64,000 bases of DNA from IMG/VR virus record IMGVR_UViG_3300034073_002120; one strand, given 5' to 3'. Positions 1-9,525 of this stretch are shown piece by piece. A model generated the notes under the pieces. That model was not told where the DNA came from. It saw only the letters and a list, made by a program, of their open reading frames with translations, and made no database searches. Position numbers and translations under genes: made by a program. The stretch's first letter is position 1; the number at the start of each line of letters is the position of its first letter. This DNA comes from a virus. Taxonomy: Duplodnaviria > Caudoviricetes.

Positions 1-284
1 TCTTTGAAGTCTTCTCTTAAATCTAAGTAAGGTGCAACTAATGATACTACAACATCACAATCTGATATATGTAGGTATTCCACCAATGCTTGAGCATTCT
101 TAATGTTGGTTCTTCTACCTTGTTCTGAATAATCTTTGTTTTGGTAAATTTCACGTAAATGGTCTCCATCGACATGGAAAACTGATTTTCTCCAATTACG
201 TTTTTCAGTTTGTAAAAACTTATGTAGTTTAGTGCCTAATACGGTCTTTCCTGCACCTGGTTGTCCTGTAAACCAATAAATCAT
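1..284 (-). CDS. cysC: Adenylylsulfate (APS) kinase-like P-loop kinase, N-terminal part (runs off the window edge)
   Basis: Not in the ORF track. Manual translation from ATG at 284 gives MIYWFTGQPGAGKTVLG...VFHVDGDHLREIYQNKDYSEQGRRTNI...VVSLVAPY, matching the APS-kinase motifs WxTGxxGxGKT, DGD and R..N. Confidence 0.75.
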   Translation of the reverse strand, partial: MIYWFTGQPGAGKTVLGTKLHKFLQTEKRNWRKSVFHVDGDHLREIYQNKDYSEQGRRTNIKNAQALVEYLHISDCDVVVSLVAPYLDLREDFK

Positions 285-304
285 AACTTATTTCCCTCTT
301 TGTT

Positions 305-1048
305 TTATAACGCTATACCAGATAAATATGTATATCTAGAAAAATTGTTTTTTATTGGAGTTACCGCATGTTCTAAATTATTTCGTATTACACCATCATT
401 CCCAGCAAAATCTAAAATAACACCAGTTCCATAATAAGGTGGTATTACTATTTGTTCTCCTTTTTTAGATGTAAAAACTATCTCACCACCATTTCCTTCT
501 GCTTCAGATTTATCGTTCAAATAAAAGGTTATTACACATAAACGTTCTGAATTTTCACCTGTATCTTTATGAGGTTCAATCATACCATGTTCCTTAAACA
601 TCGTAATAACACCATGCTGAGGTCTATTTATATCTCGTTGATAGTTATATAATTCATCTGATATTTTTAATCGAAGATTGTGAAATAATGCCAATTCTCT
701 ATATCGAGGCCCTTCAATCCATATTTGTGCTATATTAGGATTGGGTCCATTTCGAAAAACATATGAATGTATTTCTTCTAATTCAGATTGAGGACCATAC
801 CAAGCATCTATACTATTATTATCAAATATAGTATTTGTATAATTTACTTTAATGTACTCAAGTTCTTCAGCAGTTAATATATGTGGATTTAATATTAATT
901 TATCGAATTTTTTATTTTCTATAAATTCTTTTAATGTAGTTTTTGCTATTTCAGATTCTTCTGGCGATTTCTCTTCAAATGAAAATATCAAATATCCATT
1001 TTCTATTAAAAAATCTTTATCTTCTTGTGTAAATAAGTTAGTATCCAT
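305..1048 (-). CDS. 2OG-Fe(II) oxygenase (prolyl-hydroxylase-like)
   Basis: HxD (PHKD), ITFYLN..GNGGE, distal H (EHAVTP) and R (RYT), typical of the DSBH 2OG-Fe(II) fold. Confidence 0.75.
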   Translation of the reverse strand: MDTNLFTQEDKDFLIENGYLIFSFEEKSPEESEIAKTTLKEFIENKKFDKLILNPHILTAEELEYIKVNYTNTIFDNNSIDAWYGPQSELEEIHSYVFRNGPNPNIAQIWIEGPRYRELALFHNLRLKISDELYNYQRDINRPQHGVITMFKEHGMIEPHKDTGENSERLCVITFYLNDKSEAEGNGGEIVFTSKKGEQIVIPPYYGTGVILDFAGNDGVIRNNLEHAVTPIKNNFSRYTYLSGIAL

Positions 1049-1820
1049 TTCTTGATATATTGTATCCTTTTATATGATATGCTTTATCATGTGAACCACA
1101 AACAATATAATTACCTTTTAAAAATTCATGTACTGCTTTTACAACACCTAGATGTATATGTTGGTCACCAAATACATAAGTATCTTTTTCTAACATTTCA
1201 GATGTAGCATTTTTAACATCAAATTTTTCATAAGCATCAGGTCCTCCACTAAAATCATCAAATACAATTATACCACCATCCTTTAACTTATTGTATCCAT
1301 TTTCTACATCTGATTTTACAATATCATATTCATGCCCACCATCTATAAAAACAATATCATAATAATTATTTTTTACGTTATGAATTTGTTCGCGAGAATC
1401 TCCTTCGAAAATTGTAATAATATCATCTACTTTGAATTTCTTTGCTTCACTCCATAAATGCGATTTCCAACTTTCTGGATTATTCTCATTATAAGCCCAT
1501 TCTTCATCTTTATCAACAGTTAAGTTTCCTTTAAACCAATCAATAATATGGAGTTCTCCGTTAATATGTGGTAATTTTAATATTTTAGCGTTTTCTACGG
1601 CATCCCAACCTTGTGCACATCCGATTTGTAAAACACGAGGTCTATTATATATGTGATTATCATCTATACCCCAAAAATTACCAGTAAGATGCGTGTATAA
1701 GAAAGTTGAAATCCAAGGGAGTGGCATATTCCAATCCCCTGGCTCAAATGTATTTTTTTCTGAATTTCTGACAAACCACTCACTCATATCAAGTGGTGAT
1801 AGTGTTTTAAAACGTGACAT
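1038..1820 (-). CDS. Class I SAM-dependent methyltransferase (Methyltransf_24-like)
   Basis: VLQIGCAQG, IDWF, EGDS, YDIVFIDGGHEY..V..D, GGIIVFDD. Confidence 0.8.
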   Translation of the reverse strand: MSRFKTLSPLDMSEWFVRNSEKNTFEPGDWNMPLPWISTFLYTHLTGNFWGIDDNHIYNRPRVLQIGCAQGWDAVENAKILKLPHINGELHIIDWFKGNLTVDKDEEWAYNENNPESWKSHLWSEAKKFKVDDIITIFEGDSREQIHNVKNNYYDIVFIDGGHEYDIVKSDVENGYNKLKDGGIIVFDDFSGGPDAYEKFDVKNATSEMLEKDTYVFGDQHIHLGVVKAVHEFLKGNYIVCGSHDKAYHIKGYNISRNGY

Positions 1821-1837
1821 AACCTATTTTTTTTAAT

Positions 1838-2680
1838 TTACGCTAATAAATGATAATATTCTTTGAAATGTTTGATTCTATCAGCTAAACCAATAGTTCC
1901 ACCATTTACTCTTTTTGTGATTTTAGTTACTACTATATCACTTGCTCCTTCATCTGCTATTTTATGTAATCCATTTTTAGAGAAGAACCATGCTGCTGAT
2001 GCTAATGCATATGTTGATGCAACTGAATCTGGGTTTGATAAAATATCTACACCAATTGATTTACCAAATGCAGTATAGTTTTCTTTACCTGTCAATTGGA
2101 TATATCCTCTACCTCTAAATTTATATCCTTCTCCACTACTTTCAGGTCCATTACCCATTCTACCACCATATACTTTGTTTGCAATCTTTTGTGGATTTCT
2201 AGCATATGCTGCTGCTGATGCTTCAGTTGGGAAATATTTTCTAAAAATACCATTCAATCCTTTTGCTGAATAGTTTAGATTCTCTTGTGTTAAACGAAAT
2301 CCACCACTCTCATGTCCACATTGTGCTAAGAAGTGTGCAACTCTTAAAGGAGTATTGATTCCAAATTTAGAAGCAACTTCTGGTATTGAATCGATTACAA
2401 CTTGTGGAACGTGTCCTTTAAGTTTATCTAATTTCAATCCTGCAACTTGTGGGGTTGGAGTTGATACTACTGGTTGTGGAGTTGGTGTGGTTGAACCTTC
2501 GTTCATAATCTTTGCCCAAGTTCCATCTCCTACAATACCATCTGGAGTTAATCCATTTTTTAATTGAAAAGCTTTTACTGCTTCTTCGGTTTTAGGACCG
2601 AAATTACCAATTGGTTCTATTCCCAATTTAGTTTGTAATAATTTAACGTTTTCGTTATTATCACCCTTTTTCAATAACAT
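1838..2680 (-). CDS. Endolysin: N-terminal peptidoglycan-binding domain plus GH19 lysozyme/chitinase-like domain
   Basis: LKKGD..V..LQ..L..FGPKTEEAVKAFQ..GLTPDGIVG (PG_binding_1), then AHFLAQCGHESGGF, ENLNYSA, YRGRGYIQLTG-like and VNGGTIGLADR (GH19). Confidence 0.9.
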   Translation of the reverse strand: MLLKKGDNNENVKLLQTKLGIEPIGNFGPKTEEAVKAFQLKNGLTPDGIVGDGTWAKIMNEGSTTPTPQPVVSTPTPQVAGLKLDKLKGHVPQVVIDSIPEVASKFGINTPLRVAHFLAQCGHESGGFRLTQENLNYSAKGLNGIFRKYFPTEASAAAYARNPQKIANKVYGGRMGNGPESSGEGYKFRGRGYIQLTGKENYTAFGKSIGVDILSNPDSVASTYALASAAWFFSKNGLHKIADEGASDIVVTKITKRVNGGTIGLADRIKHFKEYYHLLA

Positions 2681-2696
2681 ACATATCTCCTATTCT

Positions 2697-3674
2697 TTAA
2701 TCTAAGTTTGTTTTTATTTTACTACTAATTTTAGATAATTCAGCTTTATCAACTCCTAAACTATCAATTACCATAGCAAGTAGTTTAATCTTTTGATTGT
2801 AGCTTAATTCTTTACCTTGTACTAATTCCAATGCCTTTTCAAATCTAACTTTTAACGCACCGGGAATTATTGATGAATTAATTTCTTCTGGTTCTACGTT
2901 TTCGTTTTTTACAAATGTTAATTCATTAGCATCATATGTTTTAGTAGTTCCGTTTGAAAATTTAAGATGAAACTTTCTACCATATGTTTTTATAATAATA
3001 CCAGTTTTATTTATATCTTTTACATTAGCTGCATCACCAACTTCAACATCTTGCCATTTAATATCAGTTTTTTCGTTTACTGATTCATTAAATCTTCTTC
3101 TTCTTTCCATCGAATCCCAATTTACTCCATTAATTAAACCATCTTCGGATTTAAACATAGGTGAATTGATTATTTTACCTTCTAAATAATATTCACCGGA
3201 TAAGTTTTTCTTTATCTTACCAGTTCCAATTACTTGCCAAAAGTTTCTACTTACTCCTTTGGGAACAATAAAATCAATTATATTACCAACACCTTTGATT
3301 ATTTTTAATTTTTGGTCTTTGGTTATTTTTGTTAAAGGAGTAGTTGCTGAAATTCCTTCTAAACCTTTGAATTGTTTTTCTGTAATTAAAGATTCGTTTA
3401 CACCTTCTAAATCATCTAATGATTGTGCAGGTGCTGCAGGTTTTATATTATGATTTGGCATCATTAATGCGTATTCTTTTTTTAATCTATTAAGTATTTC
3501 TTTTTTAACATGATTAGGCAATCCTTTATGTGAAGTTGATGCAAAATCTTTAGCATCAGATTTATCCATATCCTTTGCTACCTTTGCAACTTCTGGACTT
3601 GCTGGTTCTTCACCCTTTTGTGCTGCGTGAACCATACCCATAAATCTTTGTTGTGCTTTACTTTGTGCCGGCAT
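2697..3674 (-). CDS. Modular hypothetical protein with a DUF3008-like N-terminus; possible virion internal protein
   Basis: The N-terminus MPAQSKAQQRFMGMVHAAQKG...ASTSHKGLPNHV resembles DUF3008. Modules are separated by VNESLITE, FNESVNE and KNENVE linkers. Confidence 0.5.
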   Translation of the reverse strand: MPAQSKAQQRFMGMVHAAQKGEEPASPEVAKVAKDMDKSDAKDFASTSHKGLPNHVKKEILNRLKKEYALMMPNHNIKPAAPAQSLDDLEGVNESLITEKQFKGLEGISATTPLTKITKDQKLKIIKGVGNIIDFIVPKGVSRNFWQVIGTGKIKKNLSGEYYLEGKIINSPMFKSEDGLINGVNWDSMERRRRFNESVNEKTDIKWQDVEVGDAANVKDINKTGIIIKTYGRKFHLKFSNGTTKTYDANELTFVKNENVEPEEINSSIIPGALKVRFEKALELVQGKELSYNQKIKLLAMVIDSLGVDKAELSKISSKIKTNLD

Positions 3675-3679
3675 TGTTA

Positions 3680-3931
3680 TTATCTCCCAAAATATGAATG
3701 TTCGTAATGTTCCAATCCATATTTTCTAATTGTTTCATCATCTAATAAACGAGCATTGACAGTTCCTAATCTTTTACCTTTATAATAAACTGACCAATTA
3801 CCTTGTGGTGATGCATCAACAGTGATATGTTTCAAATCCTTAATACCTCTATCATGTATTTGAATTGCATCTAAAAATTTCTCCGCTTTTGGAGTTAAAC
3901 TAACTTCTAATAAAATATCTTTTAGTTTCAT
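3680..3931 (-). CDS. Hypothetical protein with the MKLKDILLE N-terminal motif
   Basis: ORF track 3680..3985. The ATG at 3931 is the more likely start because it avoids overlap with the upstream gene and gives the shared motif. Confidence 0.65.
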   Translation of the reverse strand: MKLKDILLEVSLTPKAEKFLDAIQIHDRGIKDLKHITVDASPQGNWSVYYKGKRLGTVNARLLDDETIRKYGLEHYEHSYFGR

Positions 3932-3935
3932 ATTA

Positions 3936-4154
3936 TTATTTTTTATACCAAATATTCTTTGGATTATCTGAATAGTTTCCATCAATTCTAACGGTCATTT
4001 CATTTGCAATTTCACCTGCAATATCATCATTACCACTAAAATGTAAAACTAAAAAAAATACCTGCATAGAAAGTGCAATTACACACCATCCTGCGGTAAA
4101 ATAAACTAATCCTTTGACAAAGATGTCACCGATTTTTTCTTGTAAACCTTTCAT
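3936..4154 (-). CDS. Small membrane protein
   Basis: 72-aa ORF with one hydrophobic stretch; AAGGAG 6 nt upstream of the ATG. Confidence 0.6.
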   Translation of the reverse strand: MKGLQEKIGDIFVKGLVYFTAGWCVIALSMQVFFLVLHFSGNDDIAGEIANEMTVRIDGNYSDNPKNIWYKK

Positions 4155-4210
4155 TCAAAACTCCTTTTTTCTTCATATAAATATAGAGTTTTTAAGGATT
4201 GATAAAAATA

Positions 4211-4825
4211 TTAGTGTTTGATACACCACTTCCATTTAAATCCACCTGCAGTCTTCCGATTTCCATTACAAACATCACCGACTCCTAACACTTTAAGTGT
4301 ATCATAAATTTCTTTTTGAGAATTCCATTTTTTTATAAAAATATCATCTTTGGTATATTGGTTTATAGGTTTCATTTGTGCTAAACTTTGTTTTTTTCGT
4401 TGTTCAGCAGTGTTCATCTTCCCCTTACACCCTAATGATATTTTTTGTTTATGCTCGGTTGATAATTTTTTACCTATACAATGATTGTTAGTAGTCATTT
4501 TTCTACTATTTGCAGTTCGCATTGCTGTTCTCCCCTCTTCAAACATTCTAGAACTTATTCTGATTTCTCGATTCATTTTAGTAGTTCCTGGCCAATTCAT
4601 AACCCAAAAAGCATATGATAAACCATTAGAATGGGGTTTTATTCGATATAATAACCAATGTGCAATATAATGTTCTCTTGCAGTTAAATATATTAAATTT
4701 TGAGGAGAATTTGTTCCACCTAAACAACGAGGTATTATATGATGTTTTTCATAATAAACACCATCATCTAAATTTCTATGAAATCTAGTTTCTATTAGTT
4801 TTTTGTAGTGTAATTTATAATCCAC
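4211..4825 (-). mobile_element. Free-standing HNH homing endonuclease with NUMOD3/NUMOD1-like DNA-binding modules
   Basis: YEKHHIIPRCLGG.N...NLIYLTAREHYIAHWLL (HNH), GKKLSTEHKQKIS (NUMOD3-like), KPINQY.....FIKKWNS..E......CNGNRKTAGGFKWK (NUMOD1-like). GTG start. Confidence 0.9.
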
Positions 4826-4863
4826 ATATATAAATATAATAAATGTGAATTAGAGAGTAAATT

Positions 4864-5391
4864 TTAGTGATTCACTTTTTGTACTCTCCATTTAACGTTT
4901 TTACTACGCAACATTTGTTTTGCTGCATCTACATTTTTTTGGGAGTCATCTGCGAAGTAAATATCATCGTAACCTTTATTGTCTATCATATCTTCAATCC
5001 AATCTGCTTTATCTTTTGGATTATTTGATGCTAATGCAATTACGTTGATTTTGTTGGAATTAATACCAATATCTCTTAGGTATCGTCTGATTGGGTCTGC
5101 TGCTGCTCTTGCAGTTAGGATATATACTGGTTCTTTTGAACTCTGAACCACTTTTCTTAATACACTTGTAATCTTTTTGATTTCTTCAGGTTGTTTTACT
5201 TGTTCGAAATCTGAAAAATCGAATACATCACCTGGTCTTTCATTATATATTGCATATTGTGCAGGTGTTAGTTTACTTTTCTTACCCCCTTTGTGAGTAA
5301 TGTATATAAATGATGTTGTTCTGACAAGAGTATCATCAAAATCAAATATTCTTAAATTCTTACTTTCGGTAAATAAACTTCTACTAATCAT
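4864..5391 (-). CDS. HAD-superfamily phosphatase-like protein
   Basis: FDFDDTL (DxD motif I), ILTAR (motif II), K (motif III), FADDS..N (motif IV). Confidence 0.75.
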   Translation of the reverse strand: MISRSLFTESKNLRIFDFDDTLVRTTSFIYITHKGGKKSKLTPAQYAIYNERPGDVFDFSDFEQVKQPEEIKKITSVLRKVVQSSKEPVYILTARAAADPIRRYLRDIGINSNKINVIALASNNPKDKADWIEDMIDNKGYDDIYFADDSQKNVDAAKQMLRSKNVKWRVQKVNH

Positions 5392-5402
5392 ATTTTTATT
5401 TT

Positions 5403-6224
5403 TTACACCAAAGCATCTAACTTTTTTTGTGTCTTTTGTAATTCTATTTTTGCACTTTTAATATCTTGCTCTTTCCATTCAATATTTCTCTTTTTCCACC
5501 AAGTAATAGCACGTTCGGTTTCTTCTTTATTATACTTTTCCATTTCCGATTTACTACCAAATCGTTCCTTTTGTTCATCACTCAATTCATCCCATTTGAA
5601 AGGTTGTAATTGAGCAGCAAACCAACCACCGGTAGGGGTTTTTCCATAACCATCGGCACTAACTATTTTGATGATTTCTTTATCACTCATTTTAGAGTTT
5701 GTATCAATTACTTTCTGATTATTTTCAATACGTTGTTTAAGAATTTGAATATCTTTTTGTAATTTCTCACCTTTACTCATTTTTGCCAACTCTGCTTTTA
5801 ATTTTTGAGTTTCAACTGATTGACCGGTAAATGGTAAAGTTGTTTTAGTTAAATAACGAAAGTGTAATTTTTGAATGTTGTATCCACCGGCATAGATTAC
5901 TTCGGTGTTGAATGGATATTTATTACCATCCCTTTCTATGATACATCTTATTTGAAACGCTCCTTTTGAGGAATTTTTTACTACAACATCACTCATTTTA
6001 TCAGTAGGTAGAGTGTATTTTTCTAATGCTTTGACCATATCGTATTTTAATACAATTTCGGTATAATGAGCATCATATTCACTAAACTCTTTATCGTCTT
6101 TTTTATAACGTTGTTTAGTATCTTCAATAATATCAGCAATTAGGGGTTTCAATTCCACTAATAATCGATTGATTAGTGGGTTTTTACTTAATGATTCGTT
6201 TAGTAAATCTTTTAATTTTATCAT
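5403..6224 (-). CDS. Hypothetical protein with the MIKLKDLLNE N-terminal motif and a coiled-coil C-terminus
   Basis: 273-aa ORF; no recognised catalytic motif. Confidence 0.6.
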   Translation of the reverse strand: MIKLKDLLNESLSKNPLINRLLVELKPLIADIIEDTKQRYKKDDKEFSEYDAHYTEIVLKYDMVKALEKYTLPTDKMSDVVVKNSSKGAFQIRCIIERDGNKYPFNTEVIYAGGYNIQKLHFRYLTKTTLPFTGQSVETQKLKAELAKMSKGEKLQKDIQILKQRIENNQKVIDTNSKMSDKEIIKIVSADGYGKTPTGGWFAAQLQPFKWDELSDEQKERFGSKSEMEKYNKEETERAITWWKKRNIEWKEQDIKSAKIELQKTQKKLDALV

Positions 6225-6247
6225 TTTATCTCTTAACGTTTATACAG

Positions 6248-6279
6248 CTAATATACGATAAATTATCGGATTTACCAAA
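6248..6279 (-). promoter_or_regulatory. Bacteroidota primary-sigma promoter (variant -7 box)
   Basis: Minus strand TTTG-N20-TATATTAG, upstream of 5403..6224. Confidence 0.6.
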
Positions 6280-6283
6280 TTTT

Positions 6284-6598
6284 TTACCCGTTAATTAGAG
6301 GTTTTTTTGCTCGTGTTTTCTTATTAAGTTCTTCGTTTTCTTTGGTAAGATATTCAACCTTAACAGATAGGGCTGCAACCTCTTTTGTAAGGGCTAATAC
6401 CATATTTCTAAGGTCATCCTTTTCCTTTGAAGATGCCTCTAATAAAGCCTCTAATTTAGAAATTCTATCCTTACAATCGTGGCGAATGAAATCTTCATCT
6501 CTTTCTTTATGGTCTGCTCTCTTTTCGTAATATCTCCAAGCACCTGTTCCACCTAATACTGTTACGGCTGTTATTAAAACTGAATAAATGTTTTCCAT
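6284..6598 (-). CDS. Membrane-anchored coiled-coil hypothetical protein
   Basis: N-terminal hydrophobic helix (YSVLITAVTVLGGTGAW) followed by a heptad coiled coil. Confidence 0.6.
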   Translation of the reverse strand: MENIYSVLITAVTVLGGTGAWRYYEKRADHKERDEDFIRHDCKDRISKLEALLEASSKEKDDLRNMVLALTKEVAALSVKVEYLTKENEELNKKTRAKKPLING

Positions 6599-6909
6599 TA
6601 TTTTTTACCTTCTTTATATTCGTGATAATTGTGTGATGCTTGTGAAATATAATTCTGAGCATTAGTGATATGGTCTTGTATCCATGCAGGAATATCTTTT
6701 TCAGTTTCACCGATTTTAGATTTCAATTCAGTTGCATGTTGAATGATAGTATCTAATGAAGATTGAGCCATTGATACTTCGTGGTCTTCACCTTCACCTT
6801 CATTCATAGGTTTGAAAGCATTTGCATATGGATTTGAGTAAACTTTACCAAGTTCAACTTGTTTACCATTCCAATCCAGAGTTTTCATCATTCCTTTTAA
6901 ACTTATCAT
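6598..6909 (-). CDS. Hypothetical protein (MISLKGMMK start; GEDHEVSMA...PAWIQDHIT module)
   Basis: 103-aa ORF, stop/start coupled to the downstream gene. Confidence 0.6.
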   Translation of the reverse strand: MISLKGMMKTLDWNGKQVELGKVYSNPYANAFKPMNEGEGEDHEVSMAQSSLDTIIQHATELKSKIGETEKDIPAWIQDHITNAQNYISQASHNYHEYKEGKK

Positions 6910-6932
6910 ATCTATATTCCTTTATAATATTT

Positions 6933-7133
6933 TTATTTACATCCAATTGCTTTGTAAAATTTATCATAATCAAAAACGATATTCTCATCTTTGAATTGTT
7001 GAACCATTTTATCTGCAATCTCTTTACGATTCTCCATATCTTTTACTTGAATAAGTATATCAATTATACCATCAACCATCTGATATTGGTTATTATTTAA
7101 CTTTTCGTTTAATATGGATTTTAATTTTATCAT
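6933..7133 (-). CDS. Small hypothetical protein with the MIKLKSILNE N-terminal motif
   Basis: ORF track 6933..7223. The ATG at 7133, just after the upstream stop, is the likely start. Confidence 0.6.
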   Translation of the reverse strand: MIKLKSILNEKLNNNQYQMVDGIIDILIQVKDMENRKEIADKMVQQFKDENIVFDYDKFYKAIGCK

Positions 7134-7134
7134 T

Positions 7135-7872
7135 TTAGTCTTTACAAGTTTTCCAACCACCACCTTTTCCTTTGTAGTTTTTTGCTGCCCAACCATTTGC
7201 ATATGCAGATGGATAAACATCAAACTTTTTCTTTGCTGCTGCTTTCGATGCAGACCATTTAGCAGGGTCAGTTGGACAATTTCTTTCTAAAAATAATTCC
7301 ATTTTTTGTTCTACTGTCAGTTTCATATTTTCGTTTTTCTTTTTACCAGCACAATGTGCTTTTTGGGAAAATCCTTTTGGGTTATTGCAATTTATTGAGT
7401 TCTTATACTTTTGACTCCAATCTTCTCCCAATCCTTCACTAGCACCTGTCTTTACAAATGTAGGTTTCTGTCCTTTTTTTCGTTCACCACCTTTTTTACT
7501 ATCACCTGCATCAGATTGTGCTGCTCTTTTTCTTTTTACAAATGATGCTCTACCATCGGGTCCTAACTTTGCTGCTTTCTCTTTTGATAAACATGCTGCA
7601 TATGCTGAACCTTCTTTACTATCTCCACATTTACCTACCTTCTTACCATTACTATCATATCTATCCCAACCACCACCAGTAGTAGAACCAGTTTTACCTT
7701 TTCCAAACCATTTACGAAGGTCTTCACTTATTGGTGTATTATCATTTCCACATTTGTGACAAGTATATGGGTGATTACCTCCATCAGATATATTCCACGA
7801 CCAACCACAAGAATCACAAATTACTTTATTATCCTTTATCTCTTCGTTCAATATATCTTTTAAACTTATCAT
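7135..7872 (-). CDS. Modular basic hypothetical protein (MISLKDILNEE start; CxxC zinc ribbon plus several short Cys/Lys-rich modules)
   Basis: CDSCG...CHKCG knuckle, then modules DLRKWFGKG..., DWSQKYKNSINCNNPKGFSQKAHC and NCPTDP..W...KFDVYPSAYANGW. Confidence 0.6.
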   Translation of the reverse strand: MISLKDILNEEIKDNKVICDSCGWSWNISDGGNHPYTCHKCGNDNTPISEDLRKWFGKGKTGSTTGGGWDRYDSNGKKVGKCGDSKEGSAYAACLSKEKAAKLGPDGRASFVKRKRAAQSDAGDSKKGGERKKGQKPTFVKTGASEGLGEDWSQKYKNSINCNNPKGFSQKAHCAGKKKNENMKLTVEQKMELFLERNCPTDPAKWSASKAAAKKKFDVYPSAYANGWAAKNYKGKGGGWKTCKD

Positions 7873-9491
7873 TACCCAATATATGCGTTTAATTCGTATT
7901 TACCATTACCCATACCATATACTTGGATATGTAATTGTTTTCTTTGTTCCTTACCACCTTTACTCAATTCAATTGAGAATCTATTAGTTTTACCATCGGA
8001 TGGTTTTTTTGGACCTAACCCAATTTTTTGAGCAGTTTCTTCTTTATCATAATCGAACCCACTTTTGTTAGCCCAATCTAATGCTGAATCAATTGCCGAT
8101 GTGTATGAGTTATGGTATATTGGAAACTTTGCTTCGTTGATAGTAGATTCTAACACTACTACTGCAAGTTCTTTTTTATCAGATGGATGGATACTTGCAG
8201 GAGTTTGTTTACCAAATATAGTCACATTAACTCCATCAGTTCCAATACTATGAACTTTATTTAAATATCTTTTTGCATTTTGATGTAATTCATCATTACT
8301 AATCATATCCTTCATTGAACTCTTCTTATCATATTTAAGAATTGTATCACCGATTTTTGCATGTTTTTCGTAATCTGCAAAAGTATTGTATTGTTTTTTA
8401 ATTTTGAAATTTCCGTTTGATAATGTTTTTAATTCATTAACGGATTCACCTCTTAATTTTCCTAAATGTTTAAGAGCATCCTTTTCGTTTTTCTTAAAGT
8501 AATCTTCAACTTCTTTCTTTGTATCAAATGATAATTGACCTTTACCTTTCTTCACATCATCTACCCAAAATGAATCAGCATCTCTATCGAATTCATAATA
8601 ACCGATAAGATTATTATTTGATAATACCTTACCATCTTTAGCAACTACTGATTCAGTTTTTATTCCGTGATTTTTTCTTACATTTGAAAGGGATTGTAAT
8701 GCGTTTTTAAGAGTTTGTTGTAATTCGTTTCTTTTTACTGCATCTTTTTGTGCAGAAATCTTTGCTCTTAAAACTCTGATTCTATCATTTAATTTTTGAA
8801 TTCTATCACCCTCTACCGATTCACCAATTCTCAATTCATCTTCTACTTGTAGGATTTCTTCATAATCCATATCTTTAAGATAATCAATTACTTTATTACG
8901 ACTTGCATTTGGATTTTTACAAACTGCGGTTGCTACTTTTTTTTTAGTAAATGAACCACCATGGTCATATGCTCTTAAAATGTTTTTGAAATGAACATCA
9001 TTAACACTCATTTCATTTACATTTTCTCTAAAAAATTCATCTTTACCATCTATTGCTGCTGCTTTAGCTGCAGCTGCATCTCTCCTTTTTTCGGGTGATG
9101 CATTTTGAAGATATTTTTCAATATAATGTGCTTGTTTTTTTATTAATTCTTGATATAATTTAACATATTCATCTCTGGTAAGCAATTTATTCTTTAATAA
9201 TTGTACTATCAAAGCAGGTTGTTTACTACGAGTTCTAACATCCATTTGAATAGTACCAGTTAATCTTGCAAAGTCATTTGCAACATATACTCTATGTCCT
9301 AATGAGTTACCAGCTAATTTTGTAATCGGTTCTTTAAGATATGCATTAGCTAAATCTAAGATTTCTTCTGGTGTGATATGTTTATCAGTATATGATTTTT
9401 TACCAAATGCATATGTTGCTTCACTTAATGATTGTTTGAATGATTCTCTAACAATTCCTCTTACTATTTCTTTTACTTGTACTTCGTTCAT
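7872..9491 (-). CDS. Large modular hypothetical protein; possible processed internal head protein
   Basis: 539 aa with segments delimited by RENVNE, IGESVE, KTESVV, RGESVNE and LESTINE. Confidence 0.55.
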   Translation of the reverse strand: MNEVQVKEIVRGIVRESFKQSLSEATYAFGKKSYTDKHITPEEILDLANAYLKEPITKLAGNSLGHRVYVANDFARLTGTIQMDVRTRSKQPALIVQLLKNKLLTRDEYVKLYQELIKKQAHYIEKYLQNASPEKRRDAAAAKAAAIDGKDEFFRENVNEMSVNDVHFKNILRAYDHGGSFTKKKVATAVCKNPNASRNKVIDYLKDMDYEEILQVEDELRIGESVEGDRIQKLNDRIRVLRAKISAQKDAVKRNELQQTLKNALQSLSNVRKNHGIKTESVVAKDGKVLSNNNLIGYYEFDRDADSFWVDDVKKGKGQLSFDTKKEVEDYFKKNEKDALKHLGKLRGESVNELKTLSNGNFKIKKQYNTFADYEKHAKIGDTILKYDKKSSMKDMISNDELHQNAKRYLNKVHSIGTDGVNVTIFGKQTPASIHPSDKKELAVVVLESTINEAKFPIYHNSYTSAIDSALDWANKSGFDYDKEETAQKIGLGPKKPSDGKTNRFSIELSKGGKEQRKQLHIQVYGMGNGKYELNAYIG

Positions 9492-9525
9492 GATATATGT
9501 TTTTATATTATCTATAAATATATTT

